A stretch of 51,398 nt of DNA, from contig JAHJSY010000002.1 in assembly GCA_018830125.1 (NCBI GenBank), positions 1 through 51,398 on the forward strand, in the 5' to 3' direction. This stretch comes from Patescibacteria group bacterium (GTDB taxonomy: Bacteria > Patescibacteriota > Minisyncoccia > Minisyncoccales > GWA2-38-27). Within the stretch, counting starts at the first letter, position 1. Each line of letters opens with the position of its first letter. A program made the translations under genes and the position numbers. Of this stretch, positions 50,240 through 51,398 are shown piece by piece. The notes beneath the pieces were generated by a model that saw nothing but the letters and a program-made list of their open reading frames with translations, did not search any database and was not told where the DNA came from.

Positions 50240-51364
50240 ATGGAACCGTTGGCTTCAAAAATTAGGCCGGAAAGTTTAGAGGAGTTCGTCGGACAAGAAC
50301 ATTTAGTTGGTGAAGGGAAACCACTGAATGTCGCTATGAAACAGAAACATCTGTTTTCTTTTATTTTTTGGGGACCGCCCGGAACTGGCAAGACGACCTT
50401 GGGTAGAATATATGCTAAAAGTTTAGATGCTCAGCTTTATGAGCTTTCGGCAGTTTCGGCTGGAAAGGGAGATATTAGAAAAATAGTAGCTGAAGAGATT
50501 AATGTTCTTCCCAAGGTTTTATTCTTAGATGAAATTCATCGTTTTAACAAATCTCAACAAGACTTTTTGCTTCCTTATGTTGAAAGGGGAGAAATAACCC
50601 TTATTGGAGCAACAACAGAAAATCCAAGCTTTGAAGTAATTCCAGCTCTTCTTTCTAGGTGTCGGGTTTTTGTTTTAAATGAGCTTTCTGACGAAGATAT
50701 GAAAGCTATAATCAAAAGAACTAATTTAGAGATGAACGAGGAAGAAGAGGCCTGGCTTATTAAAATGGCTAATGGAGATGCTCGACAGGCAATTACAATG
50801 CTGGAAAATACTAACGAACTTTATAAGAAAATTACGTTAGAAAATTTAAAGAACACTTTGCAATCTAAGTTTTTAAGATACGACAAAGTGGGGGAGGAGC
50901 ATTATAATACTATTTCTGCTTTTATCAAAAGTATGAGGGCAAGTCAGCCCGATGCTGCTTTATACTATATGGCCAGAATGATTGATGCTGGAGAGGATCC
51001 TAAATTTATTGCCCGTAGAATGGTTATTTTTGCTTCGGAAGACATAGGGTTGGCTCAACCAACAGCCCTGGTTGTTGCTAATGATGTTTTTCGGGCTGTT
51101 GAAACAATTGGTCTTCCAGAGTGTGCCATTAATCTTGCACACGGCGTTGCTTATCTTTGCCAAGCCAAGAAAGACAGAAGTTCATATAATGCCTATTTAA
51201 AAGCCATGCAAGATGTAAAAACTCACGGCAATCTTCCTATTCCTTTAAATTTAAGAAATGCTGAAACAAAGTTAATGAAAGATTTAGATTATGGAAAAGG
51301 TTATCAAAAATATTCCCAAAAATCATATCTCCCCGATAGACTAAAATCCCAAAAATATTTATAA
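50240..51364 (+). CDS. rarA: Replication-associated recombination protein A (AAA+ ATPase, short form)
   Basis: [24 protein letters not shown], Walker [10 protein letters not shown], Walker [22 protein letters not shown], and C-terminal MgsA-type helical domain ([22 protein letters not shown]). Confidence 0.9.
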   Translation: MEPLASKIRPESLEEFVGQEHLVGEGKPLNVAMKQKHLFSFIFWGPPGTGKTTLGRIYAKSLDAQLYELSAVSAGKGDIRKIVAEEINVLPKVLFLDEIHRFNKSQQDFLLPYVERGEITLIGATTENPSFEVIPALLSRCRVFVLNELSDEDMKAIIKRTNLEMNEEEEAWLIKMANGDARQAITMLENTNELYKKITLENLKNTLQSKFLRYDKVGEEHYNTISAFIKSMRASQPDAALYYMARMIDAGEDPKFIARRMVIFASEDIGLAQPTALVVANDVFRAVETIGLPECAINLAHGVAYLCQAKKDRSSYNAYLKAMQDVKTHGNLPIPLNLRNAETKLMKDLDYGKGYQKYSQKSYLPDRLKSQKYL

Positions 51365-51398
51365 AGATATGGGTTGTTATTGGGGGCTTTTTTTGTTA

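Noticed and set aside
662-51163. Short antisense or embedded ORFs in the track: 662..868, 1736..1963, 3914..4225, 4136..4384, 8669..8851, 11196..11495, 11751..12038, 12332..12613, 12426..12650, 13163..13474, 13377..13580, 19501..19740, 20074..20283, 20568..20867, 29506..29988, 30170..30502, 31308..31526, 35876..36064, 35896..36108, 36846..37163, 42315..42497, 44495..44689, 45479..45661, 48577..48825, 49003..49243, 50960..51163.
   Set aside because: All lie inside, or antisense to, well-supported genes with recognisable family motifs. Their products are low-complexity with no motifs.
51365-51398. Terminator after rarA (gggggcttttttt).
   Set aside because: A T-run is present, but I could not find a complementary C-rich arm for a stem within the remaining window.

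Overview
This is an AT-rich bacterial window. The gene content (Wzy_C/TPR membrane proteins, tightly overlapping short genes, few Shine-Dalgarno sites) suggests a small-genome, CPR/Patescibacteria-like organism, but that is inference only. All family assignments come from motifs read by eye; no searches were run.

About 85% of the window is one very large, almost entirely plus-strand surface-glycan locus (6.8-30.7 kb and 35.7-48.7 kb). It contains:
- nucleotide-sugar enzymes: an NDP-sugar pyrophosphorylase, an SDR epimerase, a short UGDH-like protein, an intein-containing Gmd, RmlA/RmlB, two cupin + DegT aminotransferase pairs, and a GNAT
- at least 9 glycosyltransferase domains
- at least 11 methyltransferase domains
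- an AsnB-type amidotransferase
- three export routes: a PglK/MsbA-type ABC exporter, Wzm/Wzt and Wzx
- a fusion of a GT-C-like membrane domain to a radical SAM/SPASM-like domain

Upstream (0.2-6.8 kb) lie tandem TPR paralogs, a secreted Pro/Glu-repeat protein, and fused versus split paralogs of a Wzy_C (O-antigen-ligase-like) + TPR protein. Downstream (48.8-51.4 kb) are housekeeping genes (DUF167, an MBL hydrolase, RarA).

The most unusual part is a visibly G+C-richer island at about 30.7-35.3 kb that splits the glycan locus. It is an array of monocistronic cassettes, each with its own sigma70-like promoter, a leader with a strong Shine-Dalgarno site, a short ORF and an intrinsic terminator. 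The ORFs encode a secreted beta-rich protein, a protein of 17 consecutive hexapeptide repeats, three unrelated small zinc-ribbon/zinc-finger proteins, and an orphan PemK/MazF-like toxin. The cassettes are interleaved with a highly structured GC-rich intergenic repeat: two 160-nt copies identical except for a flipped hairpin loop, plus degenerate copies. There are also candidate small RNAs and a decayed Excalibur-domain gene fragment.

I recognised no rRNA, tRNA, CRISPR array, transposase or integrase.
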